From the IMG/VR virus record IMGVR_UViG_3300033405_000002, positions 115,595 through 179,594 of that record: a stretch of DNA of 64,000 nucleotides; one strand, 5' to 3'. Source of the stretch: a virus (Duplodnaviria; Heunggongvirae; Uroviricota; Caudoviricetes). Positions 33,760 to 43,335 of the stretch are shown here, one piece after another. Every line of letters starts with the position of its first letter. Within the stretch, counting starts at the first letter, position 1. The notes under the pieces were generated by a model. The model did not search any database. It was not told where the DNA came from and saw only the letters and a program-made list of their open reading frames with translations. The position numbers and the translations under genes were made by a program.

Positions 33760-36713
33760 TGGCACCCGTCAGAGACAACACGAAATTCTATCCAACGCCG
33801 CCGTTTGACAGGACAAACACACGCCTTTCTACGGAAATTTTCGTCGTTGAAGTGATGTCCGTGGACTTCGAGCGCCGCGTTCTGACGGTGCAAGATGTCA
33901 AGGATAACTTGCTCTACCGGGACATCACGATCTTCCCCGCCGCCAACGCTTCTCTGGAAGGCAACGAGCAATACATGCCGGAGCCGGGATCAATCGGCCT
34001 TGCGTGCAACTTTGCCTATGCCAACGGCTATCGCATTGTCATGATCCTAAGCTGGATTCAGTCCCAGCTTTACATCAGTGTGGACACCATTGCCAACCGC
34101 GTGCTTTCCGGTGACAAGGTGCAGGGCTACTCGGATCGCTACCGTGGCTCGTATCGCAAGGCTTATCCGGGGCAAAAGACGGCATCTTACACGGGCGGTT
34201 TCACTGAAAAGATTGACACCGCTTGGGATAGACAAGGCAACGATTACAGCCGGGACAAGAACGACTCTGATAGGCGTCAGTGGACACAGATCGCCGGACG
34301 CCGTGTTCAATACTCTGACGCTGGTGTTGCTTACCAAGGTTCCGTCAGCAGACCCGGAGCGAAGCAATTGGTTCCTGTCATTCTTCCTGATGGCACGTCA
34401 GACTACATCGTCTACTTGCAGCCGGGGGCCCAACCATCGGATCGCTATATTTCAGGTAAGCCGGATGTGATTCCGTTCTCGGAGCACACCGAACTCGTAC
34501 AGGAATTCTCGCTTGATTATCCGGTGCCTTATGAAGTCCTGCAAACCAGCCTGCTTGACACAATTCTCGGCACCACAGCCAGCGCATGGGGCAGCACCAC
34601 TGTCACATCGCCCAGCGGACAAGTAGCTTTCGATAGCGAGTCGTTCATGATTACCCAGCAATGGGACGATCCTTACGATGATCGCGTGCAAGCGGTTGGG
34701 CCAACACTGAAGGAAGGCACCACACCGCAGCGCCGTGGCTACATCCTTGAGAAAGCGCAAGGCACGCTTGTTGGTTACAGCCTGTTTGATACCACGACTT
34801 ACGGTTTCGTGCTCAAGCCGCAGCTTTTCGTTTCACCGACGACACAAACACGTCTCGGACGTTTCGGCTCGGACGTTGAGTCCGCTTACGTTCCAGTTGT
34901 GGATGGGCCTTACCACGCCGAAGCGCGGCTCGCGGCATCCTGCTTAGCAATCCGCTTCCCTTACGAGCAGAACACAACGCGCTTGGACGTGACCAAGGAA
35001 GGCTTCACTTCGCTGGAGATCGGCTCTACCTTACCGAAAGAGAACATCCAGAAGTTTTGGACGACGAGCAACTACGAACACCCGCACGGTGCTGGTCGCT
35101 CGCTGGAAGCTCACCTTGTTGGTTCCGCCAAACTGGTTATTGGCAAGAACCGTGATGAAGAGGACGCTCTTGACGCAGCCATTTTAGGGCAGACCGTGCT
35201 TCGCCTTGGCGCTGATGATACATCACAACCGAACGCAGCCCGCACCGCAGCGAGCGGTAGCGGCTCTGCCTGTGCCACGGGCACGAACCCAACGCCAACA
35301 AGCGTAACCGGAACAGGACGTATTGTTCAAACTCAGATCAGAAGCCAGAACGACAAATTAGCACCAAGAACGCTCCAGTATTGGACTCCGACTTCTACGC
35401 TCGGCGATGCTGGATGCTTGACCAACAAAACAGGCATGGAGAACATCTCGCTGCGCGGGGCGTTCGATGGCGGCACTGTCCTTCGCCTTGGTGGGAGAGA
35501 CCCACACTCGAAGCGTCGTCATTTGATGAACGGTTACATGGACGGCCCCGGCAAACAGCAATGGGGCGTGAACGACACGAATCGTGTAGACTCAAAGTCA
35601 CCCGGACGCCCAGATTATGGCGCTGGTGATTCTGTTTATGCTTTTTCGCACCCGGCGAACACAGTTAGCCCGTCAACCGGAAGTGATCTAACCACAGTAG
35701 GCGCACCGATCAACACATACGCTCCGTATGCTTGGTCAGGTCCGGCTGTTGTCAGCACTACAAACCCGTCATCTCCTCTGGATTCGCACGGTCTGTCTTT
35801 GGATGTTCATGCAGTTCGTGACATCATGCTCCGTGTGGGAGCCAACCCCGACTCCGGTCAATCCCTTTTGATGGACTTAGCTGGTGGTATTGTTGCCGCA
35901 CTCGGTCTGGATAATCAGGGCCGTTCCATCACCGCCGCTCTGGATGGCGGCATTGAAATCACAATCCGCCCGAACAAGCAGGGTAAGGCGATACGGCTGA
36001 ATATCATTGGGGACATTGACGTAACGCATCAAGGCAACCTGCACTATCACTCGACTGGTGACTGGATCACGGAGAACACCACGTGGCGTCATGTGACAAA
36101 AACGGATCGTGTCTTCTCGTCTCAGAAGTCAGTCGATTCTACGCTCTCGCAGGCAACGCACGAAAGCCCAGAGATCGTTCACAACCAAGGCGGCTACGCG
36201 GGGACTAACCCACAAGTTACGCCGAACACGGCAGCAGCCGCAACATCCACGCCGCCGCCAGCGATGCCGTCTACGCCGGGATCAACATCCCACAACAGTG
36301 ACCACTCGCTCACAGGTGCGGAGATCACGAACGATCCTAGCACGTGGCCCACAGGGGATTGCAACTGGAATATCGCGCACGCTATCGCCATGGCTGAAGG
36401 TTACAACGTCGGTACAGGCACCGCGCCTTACGATTTGAATAACCCCGGAGACATCAGTGATTACGCATCTGAATATGGATCACAGTATCACGGCGGCTCG
36501 AACATCACCACGTTCCCGACTGCGGAAGCAGGTTGGACAGCCCTGCACGGCAAGGTTGCGGCTATGGTGAACGGAACAAGCACCGTGTACTCAAACAAGA
36601 CATGGGCACAGGTTGCACAGACCTACGCTGGCAACTCTTCGGCATGGTTGAACAACGTGACGAAACAGCTTGGTGTTGACCCGAACTCGTATCCAAAGGA
36701 TTATAAGTGCTAA
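33759..36713 (+). CDS. Baseplate central spike-like protein with C-terminal lysozyme-like domain (984 aa)
   Basis: N-terminal OB-like (VMSVDFERRVLTV...MPEPGS); C-terminal AIAMAEG...NNPGDI...FPTAEAGWTAL...YAG...VTKQLGVDP. Confidence 0.65.
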   Translation: MAPVRDNTKFYPTPPFDRTNTRLSTEIFVVEVMSVDFERRVLTVQDVKDNLLYRDITIFPAANASLEGNEQYMPEPGSIGLACNFAYANGYRIVMILSWIQSQLYISVDTIANRVLSGDKVQGYSDRYRGSYRKAYPGQKTASYTGGFTEKIDTAWDRQGNDYSRDKNDSDRRQWTQIAGRRVQYSDAGVAYQGSVSRPGAKQLVPVILPDGTSDYIVYLQPGAQPSDRYISGKPDVIPFSEHTELVQEFSLDYPVPYEVLQTSLLDTILGTTASAWGSTTVTSPSGQVAFDSESFMITQQWDDPYDDRVQAVGPTLKEGTTPQRRGYILEKAQGTLVGYSLFDTTTYGFVLKPQLFVSPTTQTRLGRFGSDVESAYVPVVDGPYHAEARLAASCLAIRFPYEQNTTRLDVTKEGFTSLEIGSTLPKENIQKFWTTSNYEHPHGAGRSLEAHLVGSAKLVIGKNRDEEDALDAAILGQTVLRLGADDTSQPNAARTAASGSGSACATGTNPTPTSVTGTGRIVQTQIRSQNDKLAPRTLQYWTPTSTLGDAGCLTNKTGMENISLRGAFDGGTVLRLGGRDPHSKRRHLMNGYMDGPGKQQWGVNDTNRVDSKSPGRPDYGAGDSVYAFSHPANTVSPSTGSDLTTVGAPINTYAPYAWSGPAVVSTTNPSSPLDSHGLSLDVHAVRDIMLRVGANPDSGQSLLMDLAGGIVAALGLDNQGRSITAALDGGIEITIRPNKQGKAIRLNIIGDIDVTHQGNLHYHSTGDWITENTTWRHVTKTDRVFSSQKSVDSTLSQATHESPEIVHNQGGYAGTNPQVTPNTAAAATSTPPPAMPSTPGSTSHNSDHSLTGAEITNDPSTWPTGDCNWNIAHAIAMAEGYNVGTGTAPYDLNNPGDISDYASEYGSQYHGGSNITTFPTAEAGWTALHGKVAAMVNGTSTVYSNKTWAQVAQTYAGNSSAWLNNVTKQLGVDPNSYPKDYKC

Positions 36714-36714
36714 G

Positions 36715-39700
36715 ATGAGCAGCTTCCCAAACGTTCCATCCAATTTGCAAGCGGGACTAACTTGGCCCATCCAAGTTCAGGGCGCGGTGCAACGCTTTAG
36801 TCCGTATGGTGACCCTACCATCGAGACTTACTATCACAAAGCGATGGAACAGGGGCGATTCCTTGAAACCAGCATCGGGGACGCTAACAACTGGCTTTTG
36901 CAAAAGAAGCAACAGCTTCTCTATCACATCAAGCTGTTGACTCACATGAACTCGCTCGCCGTGGACGGTCAGCTTGGACATACGCCACGCGTGCCAAAAT
37001 ACATCGCTGACTCTGAGAATATTTTACAAACCGTAAATCAGTTCTTGACGGAGATTCAGCAACTAGTCGCCGCCATTACACAGAACGTCGCGCTGCTCGC
37101 TCAGATGGAAGCCAACATGATTCACATGTTGCAGGCGAACCTTAACGCCTTGGCGAATCTGTTGAACAATATCTGTAACTGGGGTCTGCCTGCGCTTCTA
37201 TCAATCCCGCAGTCCTTGCCGGAGCAAATCTGGAACTGGAACGGGTTTGGTTTCGCTCCACTGGCACAGTTCACACTGAGCAATTTCAGCCAGACCACGA
37301 AAGTTGTTGGTTCGCTCGCGCAGTCAATCGCAACTGGCTCTATTGCAACGCCAGTAATGGCAGCGGTAGCTCCCCTTTCGAACCCGCAGTTCGATCAGCA
37401 GTTCCAATTCAGCCATTGCACACTGAATCCGACTAACAACTTGACACAGGCGGCAACTTCGTCGCCAACGAGCGTAAGCACCTACACGGGCTTGAACTTT
37501 GGTACAAGTTCAGACGGCACCACGCTGTACATTCCGCCGCTTGCCGGGACATCCACCCCGCCGACACAAAACTTGACTGATCCAACGTTTGTCAGCACGA
37601 TGCAGGGACAAACCACCCCGCCAGTTTACGGGCCTACGTTTAACCCAAGCACGAGCATGATTGGTTCTGTCCCTGATCCGCACACGATCATTGACAACTA
37701 TCAAATGCCCGCTTCGGTGTTCATTAACAACATCATCGCCATCTGCCCGCAGTTGACAAACAACACGATTGAGCCGTCCGCGCCGGACTACGCAAACCCG
37801 AATTACGCCGTGCGTAATCCGCAAGAGCGAAAGGCGTTTGTTCACTTCATCACGCTCGCTGACATCGTTGAGAACAATTTCGATCCGTTCATGCTGAGTG
37901 CATGGTTGCTGTACCTCAACGCAGACCGTCAAGCTCGCGGCGGTGCATGGATTCCAAATTTCGAAGTGGTGTACCAGCAGTATATTCAGCCTTCCGTGGA
38001 TTATTTGACGGCAACGCCGTGTCCGTGGAACAACGTGTTGGGTATGTCCAACCTGCTGTACCAGAGCATCTGGAGCAACACCCAGACTTATCAGATCAAC
38101 GATGTAGTAACTTATAACGGCACTCTTTACATCGCCAACTTGCAGAATGTGAACTCGGAGCCTGACTTACTTGAGTCTTGGACGGTTGCTACGGCCCCTT
38201 TGGTTTACAGCAACGCCCCAACACTTCCGCTCGTCACAACATTTTTGTCATTGAGTGAAAGTGACCTGAACATTTTGCTCTGGCAGTTGTCCTACATTGA
38301 AGCTTCGATTCTTGGGTATTCGCGCAACAGCCAGTGGGACACGACGCAGAACACAACATACTTGTCCGGGCCGACTGGCCCTGATCTTGACTACAAGCCG
38401 ACATCTGTTTCGAGCACGCAGACCAGCCTCGTCCTTGGGCAGGGCACAGCAGAATTCCCTGTGACCATTGTGTTTCCGACGTCGATCAAGAACACGCTGA
38501 CGGCTGTCATTGACCTCGCTACGATCAACATTCAAAATGACCCGAATTATTTGTCGCCACGGCTCGGCAATCGTTTCACATACAATCAATTCGCACAGGC
38601 GACAATGGTTGATCGTTACAGCCAATTCTGGCGTGACTTTGCTTCGAATCTGTCAAGCTTGCTTGTGCAAGACCCTTACTTAGTTCAGTTCACCGTCACC
38701 TATGTTGAGATTCTTGACGGTGCGGTTGACCCGCTATCAGGCTTCACGGCGGCTTACACGGCGCTTCAACAAGACGTAGCATCACGCAACCGCTCATGGA
38801 CACCCGGCACGCCGTTACTTTCTTTGCCGATTGCTCCTGTGGTCACGTATTCGAGCACAGCGACCCCAACAGGCAGCGGATGGACGGGTGTTGATTTCGA
38901 TCCGACTGTATTCTTGGCACGCCCAGATGTGCAGAGCCAGACGCTTCCAGTACAGATGGCAATGCTGCGTACAAACGTGAGCTACGCTAGTTTGCAGCAA
39001 TTCCAGAACGAGTTTCAGCAGGAGATCATGAATCAAATGGCGACGGCGGCATCCGTCGTTGCACAGTTGTCAGCCGGACAAATCTCCGGCACTTCGATCT
39101 CCGGTGGTGTGCTCACAGTGGTGACATCGAATACATTCACCGCTGGCGACAACGTTGAATTGATGGGGACTCAGGAAGCTTACTTGAACAACCAAACTGT
39201 TACGGTGACATCCGCATCGAGCACACAGTTTACGGCTACGCCGCCCGCTGGTTCCCCGCCGTCACTGGACAATCCAAGTGACACGGGCCTTGCTTGGCAA
39301 GCAACGCCAAGTCAGGCATATCAAGGTGATGCGCTTCCGTTCACCGCGAGCAATCCGCTCCCGGCTTGGGTTGGCGCGAATATTCCTGCTCTCACCCCGG
39401 TGCGCGTCCGCGTGCAGTCCGGTGGGAACATCTCTCCGATTGATGTCTTCATCGCAACCATCGCTAACATCGCCATCGCGTCGAATGTGCTGACGGTAAC
39501 TTTCACAGCGGCCGGACATCACTTTGTCAATGGCGAGAACGTGACATTTGACGGTCTCGAATCAGCGACGTTCCTCAACGGCACTACGGCCAGTAACATT
39601 ACCGTGGTAAGCAGCACGCAGATTACCGTTGGGTACTCCCACGCCGATTACGCTTCGACCCCGGACTCCGGCTCCGTTTTGCTGCTTGACCCGTTCGGAC

Positions 39701-40083
39701 AGATTGCCGCACCGTTCCCCGATGGTCTGGCGGTCAGCGGCCCCACGGCCCCCGGAACCAACGCCGAAGTTGTCCTCGAATATGGGACGATCTACACCGT
39801 GCCAACGGCAAACGATCCGCTCACTGGTCAGCCGTTCGTGGTGGGTGGTCTGCTTTACGCTCTCCCGGTTGGAGCGCCGGGGAACTATGCCGTGGGCTTG
39901 ACGCAAGATTACAACGCGCTCATCGCGCTCGGCACCGCAGGCTGGGTTGTTTGTATCGGCAAGGTGATCGAGCTACCATTGCCGTCCGTGCCGCCGCCGT
40001 CACCGCCAGCGATTCCCGCGCAGGCGGGGCAGATGGCTTTCCTTTATGAGCCGCACATTCCGACGCGCCTGACGGCACTCTAA
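36715..40083 (+). CDS. Virion structural protein with CBM5/12-like, FCCH-like and cement-like modules
   Basis: ATG at 36715 just after spike stop; WSNTQTYQINDVVTYNGTLY; two FCCH-like repeats. Confidence 0.75.
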   Translation: MSSFPNVPSNLQAGLTWPIQVQGAVQRFSPYGDPTIETYYHKAMEQGRFLETSIGDANNWLLQKKQQLLYHIKLLTHMNSLAVDGQLGHTPRVPKYIADSENILQTVNQFLTEIQQLVAAITQNVALLAQMEANMIHMLQANLNALANLLNNICNWGLPALLSIPQSLPEQIWNWNGFGFAPLAQFTLSNFSQTTKVVGSLAQSIATGSIATPVMAAVAPLSNPQFDQQFQFSHCTLNPTNNLTQAATSSPTSVSTYTGLNFGTSSDGTTLYIPPLAGTSTPPTQNLTDPTFVSTMQGQTTPPVYGPTFNPSTSMIGSVPDPHTIIDNYQMPASVFINNIIAICPQLTNNTIEPSAPDYANPNYAVRNPQERKAFVHFITLADIVENNFDPFMLSAWLLYLNADRQARGGAWIPNFEVVYQQYIQPSVDYLTATPCPWNNVLGMSNLLYQSIWSNTQTYQINDVVTYNGTLYIANLQNVNSEPDLLESWTVATAPLVYSNAPTLPLVTTFLSLSESDLNILLWQLSYIEASILGYSRNSQWDTTQNTTYLSGPTGPDLDYKPTSVSSTQTSLVLGQGTAEFPVTIVFPTSIKNTLTAVIDLATINIQNDPNYLSPRLGNRFTYNQFAQATMVDRYSQFWRDFASNLSSLLVQDPYLVQFTVTYVEILDGAVDPLSGFTAAYTALQQDVASRNRSWTPGTPLLSLPIAPVVTYSSTATPTGSGWTGVDFDPTVFLARPDVQSQTLPVQMAMLRTNVSYASLQQFQNEFQQEIMNQMATAASVVAQLSAGQISGTSISGGVLTVVTSNTFTAGDNVELMGTQEAYLNNQTVTVTSASSTQFTATPPAGSPPSLDNPSDTGLAWQATPSQAYQGDALPFTASNPLPAWVGANIPALTPVRVRVQSGGNISPIDVFIATIANIAIASNVLTVTFTAAGHHFVNGENVTFDGLESATFLNGTTASNITVVSSTQITVGYSHADYASTPDSGSVLLLDPFGQIAAPFPDGLAVSGPTAPGTNAEVVLEYGTIYTVPTANDPLTGQPFVVGGLLYALPVGAPGNYAVGLTQDYNALIALGTAGWVVCIGKVIELPLPSVPPPSPPAIPAQAGQMAFLYEPHIPTRLTAL

Positions 40084-40115
40084 ACCATAGATTCCAAATA
40101 AATTAGGGGATTTCA

Positions 40116-40144
40116 TTGAGAAAATCCTGACTTCGTGGTATTCT
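40116..40144 (+). promoter_or_regulatory. Sigma-70-type promoter TTGAGA-17-TATTCT with TG extension
   Basis: Exact 17 bp spacer, intergenic AT-rich context. Confidence 0.6.
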
Positions 40145-40294
40145 TACATACGGGGAGCAACATGCGGTCACAAGACCAAAGTGCTCCCTGAACTGTTTTT
40201 GGGAGGAAAACAAAATATAAGTCCAACCGAATCTATCTTTTACGGATGGACGAAAAGACGAAAATACCCGTAGACTATACTCACGGAGGAAAGA

Positions 40295-40837
40295 ATGCGA
40301 ACTAAACTGTTGCTGCTCATAGCGCTTGTGCTGTTGCCTGTTTTCGGCGGCGCACAAACCGTGGACAAGCAGAAGGTGAACACTTTCGCCGCTGCCGTCG
40401 CCCATGCCGAAGGTTTCGGTAAGCGACACGCTATTCCAACACGGTATCACAACCCCGGCGATCTCAAGACGATCCCCGCCGCAAAGAAACTGCCGGGACA
40501 AAAAGCCATAGGCAAAGGCGGTCACGTCATTTTCAACAATGACGACGCCGGATGGAACGCCTTACGGACGTTAATCACGAAGATGGGAACGGGAGAATCC
40601 CGCCACTTCAAACCAAACATGACCTTGGTACAGGTCGCACGCATGTACGCCGGGAACTGGCGTCCGTGGCTCAAGATTGTGTCCACTGAACTTGGCGTGC
40701 CGCCTACTACTCGTGTCTGTGACCTGCTCGCACCAGACCCGGAGCCGGAGCCGCCAGTCGTGCCGTTCACGACGTCGGTTGCTGAATTGAACTTGCCGCA
40801 GCACACGCCTGTTCTTCCCGTACTTTCGCAAAATTGA
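40295..40837 (+). CDS. Signal-peptide-bearing lysozyme-like protein (endolysin candidate)
   Basis: MRTKLLLLIALVLLPVFGGA signal; AVAHAEG...HNPGDL...FNNDDAGWNAL...MYAG...VSTELGVPP; GGAGG RBS. Confidence 0.65.
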   Translation: MRTKLLLLIALVLLPVFGGAQTVDKQKVNTFAAAVAHAEGFGKRHAIPTRYHNPGDLKTIPAAKKLPGQKAIGKGGHVIFNNDDAGWNALRTLITKMGTGESRHFKPNMTLVQVARMYAGNWRPWLKIVSTELGVPPTTRVCDLLAPDPEPEPPVVPFTTSVAELNLPQHTPVLPVLSQN

Positions 40838-40851
40838 AGTATTAGGGGAGT

Positions 40852-41091
40852 ATGAAAGTCATTCAACTCCCCGACGTTTTGCACGAGTACCTAGTTCACG
40901 TGATCGAGAAGCACGCTGGCAGCGGCATTCACCCCGAAGAAGGGCTTGCTGTCTCCAAGCTGTGGGAAGCGGTCACCGTGAAAGCAACTCACATTGACGA
41001 CGCTCAAGTTCAGAAGATGGCGGCGGCTGCTACACCTAGCGGTCAGAGTCCTCTTCCGCCAGAAGCATCTTCGGATGGGAATGTCGCATAA
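40852..41091 (+). CDS. Hypothetical protein (79 aa)
   Basis: GGGGAG RBS; TAATG coupling. Confidence 0.7.
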   Translation: MKVIQLPDVLHEYLVHVIEKHAGSGIHPEEGLAVSKLWEAVTVKATHIDDAQVQKMAAAATPSGQSPLPPEASSDGNVA

Positions 41092-41465
41092 TGGCTACCG
41101 CTAAACAAAAACGGCAGGTCACCGTCGAAGATCACTGTGGCAAGAAGGTCAAGGTGGAGTGTGCCGCGTGCTTCGATGAATACGGCAGCTACGCCTGTCT
41201 GCGTCCGGCGCACGGCATCATTCCCAGCCCATTCAAGACGAAGGTTGTCCAAGACGAAGAAACCCCGGTTGAGAAGGAAGTGCTCGCTACAGCGATCACC
41301 GCGATCAGTGATGCGGTCAAAAAGCTGGAGAAGAGTGGGCTTAACCGCAAGGCGATTATCGCACTCATCAACGACGACACGAAGCTTGGTAAAGGGTTGA
41401 TCGAGACAGTATTGATCTCACTGCGCGATCTCGAAAAGAACTACGCTAATCCAAGATCGAAGTGA
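41091..41465 (+). CDS. Hypothetical protein (124 aa) with N-terminal His/Cys motif
   Basis: HCG...CAAC...CLRP.HG; coupled start. Confidence 0.7.
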   Translation: MATAKQKRQVTVEDHCGKKVKVECAACFDEYGSYACLRPAHGIIPSPFKTKVVQDEETPVEKEVLATAITAISDAVKKLEKSGLNRKAIIALINDDTKLGKGLIETVLISLRDLEKNYANPRSK

Positions 41466-42231
41466 AGTCGATCTTCCCTTCGTGAACAATCCCGCCGCGA
41501 CAAGCAATCGTGCCGCGTCGTGAGCAGGTATCCCACTGGAACTGCGGGTTCGCCAGCATCGCACGTTGGTACGCATAACTCAGCAATAATCTCGCCAAAT
41601 CATCGTTCAGTGAATTCGCTTGCCAGATGGCATAGCACTTCGGATCATTCACTTGCGCAAACGCAAGCACGTCAATGATCGCTGGCACCTGTCCTGACGG
41701 CACAGGCGGCACCGTGTGGTGCCCAACTGTCATTCCGCCTTGCTGCGTCACCAAATCGAAGAAGAAAGCATACGGGCGGCTCCGGTCGGTATAATCCGGG
41801 CAATACGCCGCTACTTCGCGCTTCGCATGGCCCAGCACGCCGTTGGATGCTGTTGCGACTTGGACTTCGATTGATTCTGGCTGCCCAAGAAAGTTCACCC
41901 ATCTCGCTTTCGCGCTGGGATCAACGTTCTTGGTGCCGTTCTCAATGTAGTGTTGCAGGCACCACGCGATCCCGTCCGCTGGCTTCGTTTGGGAGAAGGC
42001 TTGGATGTCAGAAGAGAAAAACGTCTTGGCTTTTGCCCAGCCCATTGCGTTGCCGATGTTGGCGACGAGAGTTTGAAGAGTTCCTTGTCCGGCGTTCCAT
42101 TGCAGGATGCCAGCCGACATCCCCATGCCGTCAAAGTTGCCGGAGATGTCAGTGTAAGAAGCGGCCCCGGTGGATTCAAACCCACCGGAGACTTTCAAGC
42201 ATAATTCGAGAAGCGATTTGTCGTCCATCAT
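41446..42231 (-). CDS. Putative lysozyme-fold peptidoglycan hydrolase (261 aa)
   Basis: GGFES...GNFDGMGMSAGILQWNAGQGTLQ resembles chitosanase/lysozyme-like catalytic modules. Confidence 0.55.
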   Translation of the reverse strand: MMDDKSLLELCLKVSGGFESTGAASYTDISGNFDGMGMSAGILQWNAGQGTLQTLVANIGNAMGWAKAKTFFSSDIQAFSQTKPADGIAWCLQHYIENGTKNVDPSAKARWVNFLGQPESIEVQVATASNGVLGHAKREVAAYCPDYTDRSRPYAFFFDLVTQQGGMTVGHHTVPPVPSGQVPAIIDVLAFAQVNDPKCYAIWQANSLNDDLARLLLSYAYQRAMLANPQFQWDTCSRRGTIACRGGIVHEGKIDFTSILD

Positions 42232-42845
42232 AGTGCCACATCCAGATAAACAGAGTCTTGAACAAAATCAATCGAGACTACCATGCTCGACTGCGCCGAA
42301 GGGCTGACAGGTTCAGTCTGCGGCGGAATCAAAATCGGGTGTGTCAGGTTGTCCGGCTGGTTGCCGGGGTCAGGGAGATAGGTGACTGAGATCACACCGT
42401 CCGCGTAGCATAGGCTCTGTGGTAGGAAGCCTTGCAGCGCTGGCGTGGTGAGACCAACGCCGTAAAAATTGTCGGTGAGCGCGTAGCTCCCGCCTGACGA
42501 GCCTGCTGTATCCCCTAAAATAAACTGCATCCAAAGGGGAAGCTGAGAAGCTTGCGTGACAGCCACAGCTTGGTTGAAGATCGCCAGCGACACCGGGGAG
42601 AGCAATACGAGACCGTAAGCCGGGAAAGCCGCTTGGCTACCACGGAACTCATTGCCACTGGTGCCGTACTCAGTAAACCACGATGCCTGCTGGTGTCCTT
42701 GCTGCAAAACCCCCAGCGAATAGTAGTTGCCGTCATACGCATACCCTGTGTGAGAGTTGAACGTAGGGTTGTAAAACGAGTCGTCGGTGTGTGACTGAAT
42801 CAGGCACGATGCGACGATATTCTGGTCTATGGTATCGTATGCCAT
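42228..42845 (-). CDS. Hypothetical virion-like protein (205 aa)
   Basis: Coupled (ATGA) to the hydrolase; composition like structural proteins. Confidence 0.7.
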   Translation of the reverse strand: MAYDTIDQNIVASCLIQSHTDDSFYNPTFNSHTGYAYDGNYYSLGVLQQGHQQASWFTEYGTSGNEFRGSQAAFPAYGLVLLSPVSLAIFNQAVAVTQASQLPLWMQFILGDTAGSSGGSYALTDNFYGVGLTTPALQGFLPQSLCYADGVISVTYLPDPGNQPDNLTHPILIPPQTEPVSPSAQSSMVVSIDFVQDSVYLDVAL

Positions 42846-42909
42846 TGTCCCGCCTATATGTGCTTTTGCTAGTTGAAAACCGTTTTCCCACTACCGTTAT
42901 CAAAGATAG

Positions 42910-43335
42910 ATGAGCGAACCAAGAGACCTCACAGGAATGCGTTTCGGCCTACTTTCGGTGCAAAGCCGGGAGCCGGGTGAAAGACCCATGTGGCGCGTTC
43001 ACTGCATTTGTGGAAATGAACGCGTGGTTCGAGAAGATCATCTGCTCGCCGGACGCACTAAAAGCTGTGGCTGCGCAACCAGTCGCTTCAAGAAAGCGAA
43101 GATGGAAAAACGCTACAGCCTTGTCAATAAGCGATTCGGCAAGCTAATTGTTGTTTGGCGGGACGGCTCCGAGAAGATCGGGGAGTCTTCACATGCTTTA
43201 TGGAAATGCAAGTGTGATTGTGGCGGCATGATTACCGTCCGTGGCGGCTTGCTAAACAGTGGCAGGGTAACACATTGCGGTTGTATGGCAATGCCAGTAT
43301 TGAATCTTGAGGCTCTGGCAGCGAGGCAAGCATAA
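42910..43335 (+). CDS. Tandem Cys-rich DNA-binding repeat protein (homing-endonuclease N-terminal type, no nuclease domain)
   Basis: Two copies of DLTG.RFG.L.V...W.C.C.CG...L..G...SCGC. Confidence 0.7.
   Translation: MSEPRDLTGMRFGLLSVQSREPGERPMWRVHCICGNERVVREDHLLAGRTKSCGCATSRFKKAKMEKRYSLVNKRFGKLIVVWRDGSEKIGESSHALWKCKCDCGGMITVRGGLLNSGRVTHCGCMAMPVLNLEALAARQA

Noticed and set aside
40125-40200. ZTP riboswitch (GGGGAGC)
   Set aside because: Lacks the ACUGRCG segment and the 3' CGCCUGGG pseudoknot strand
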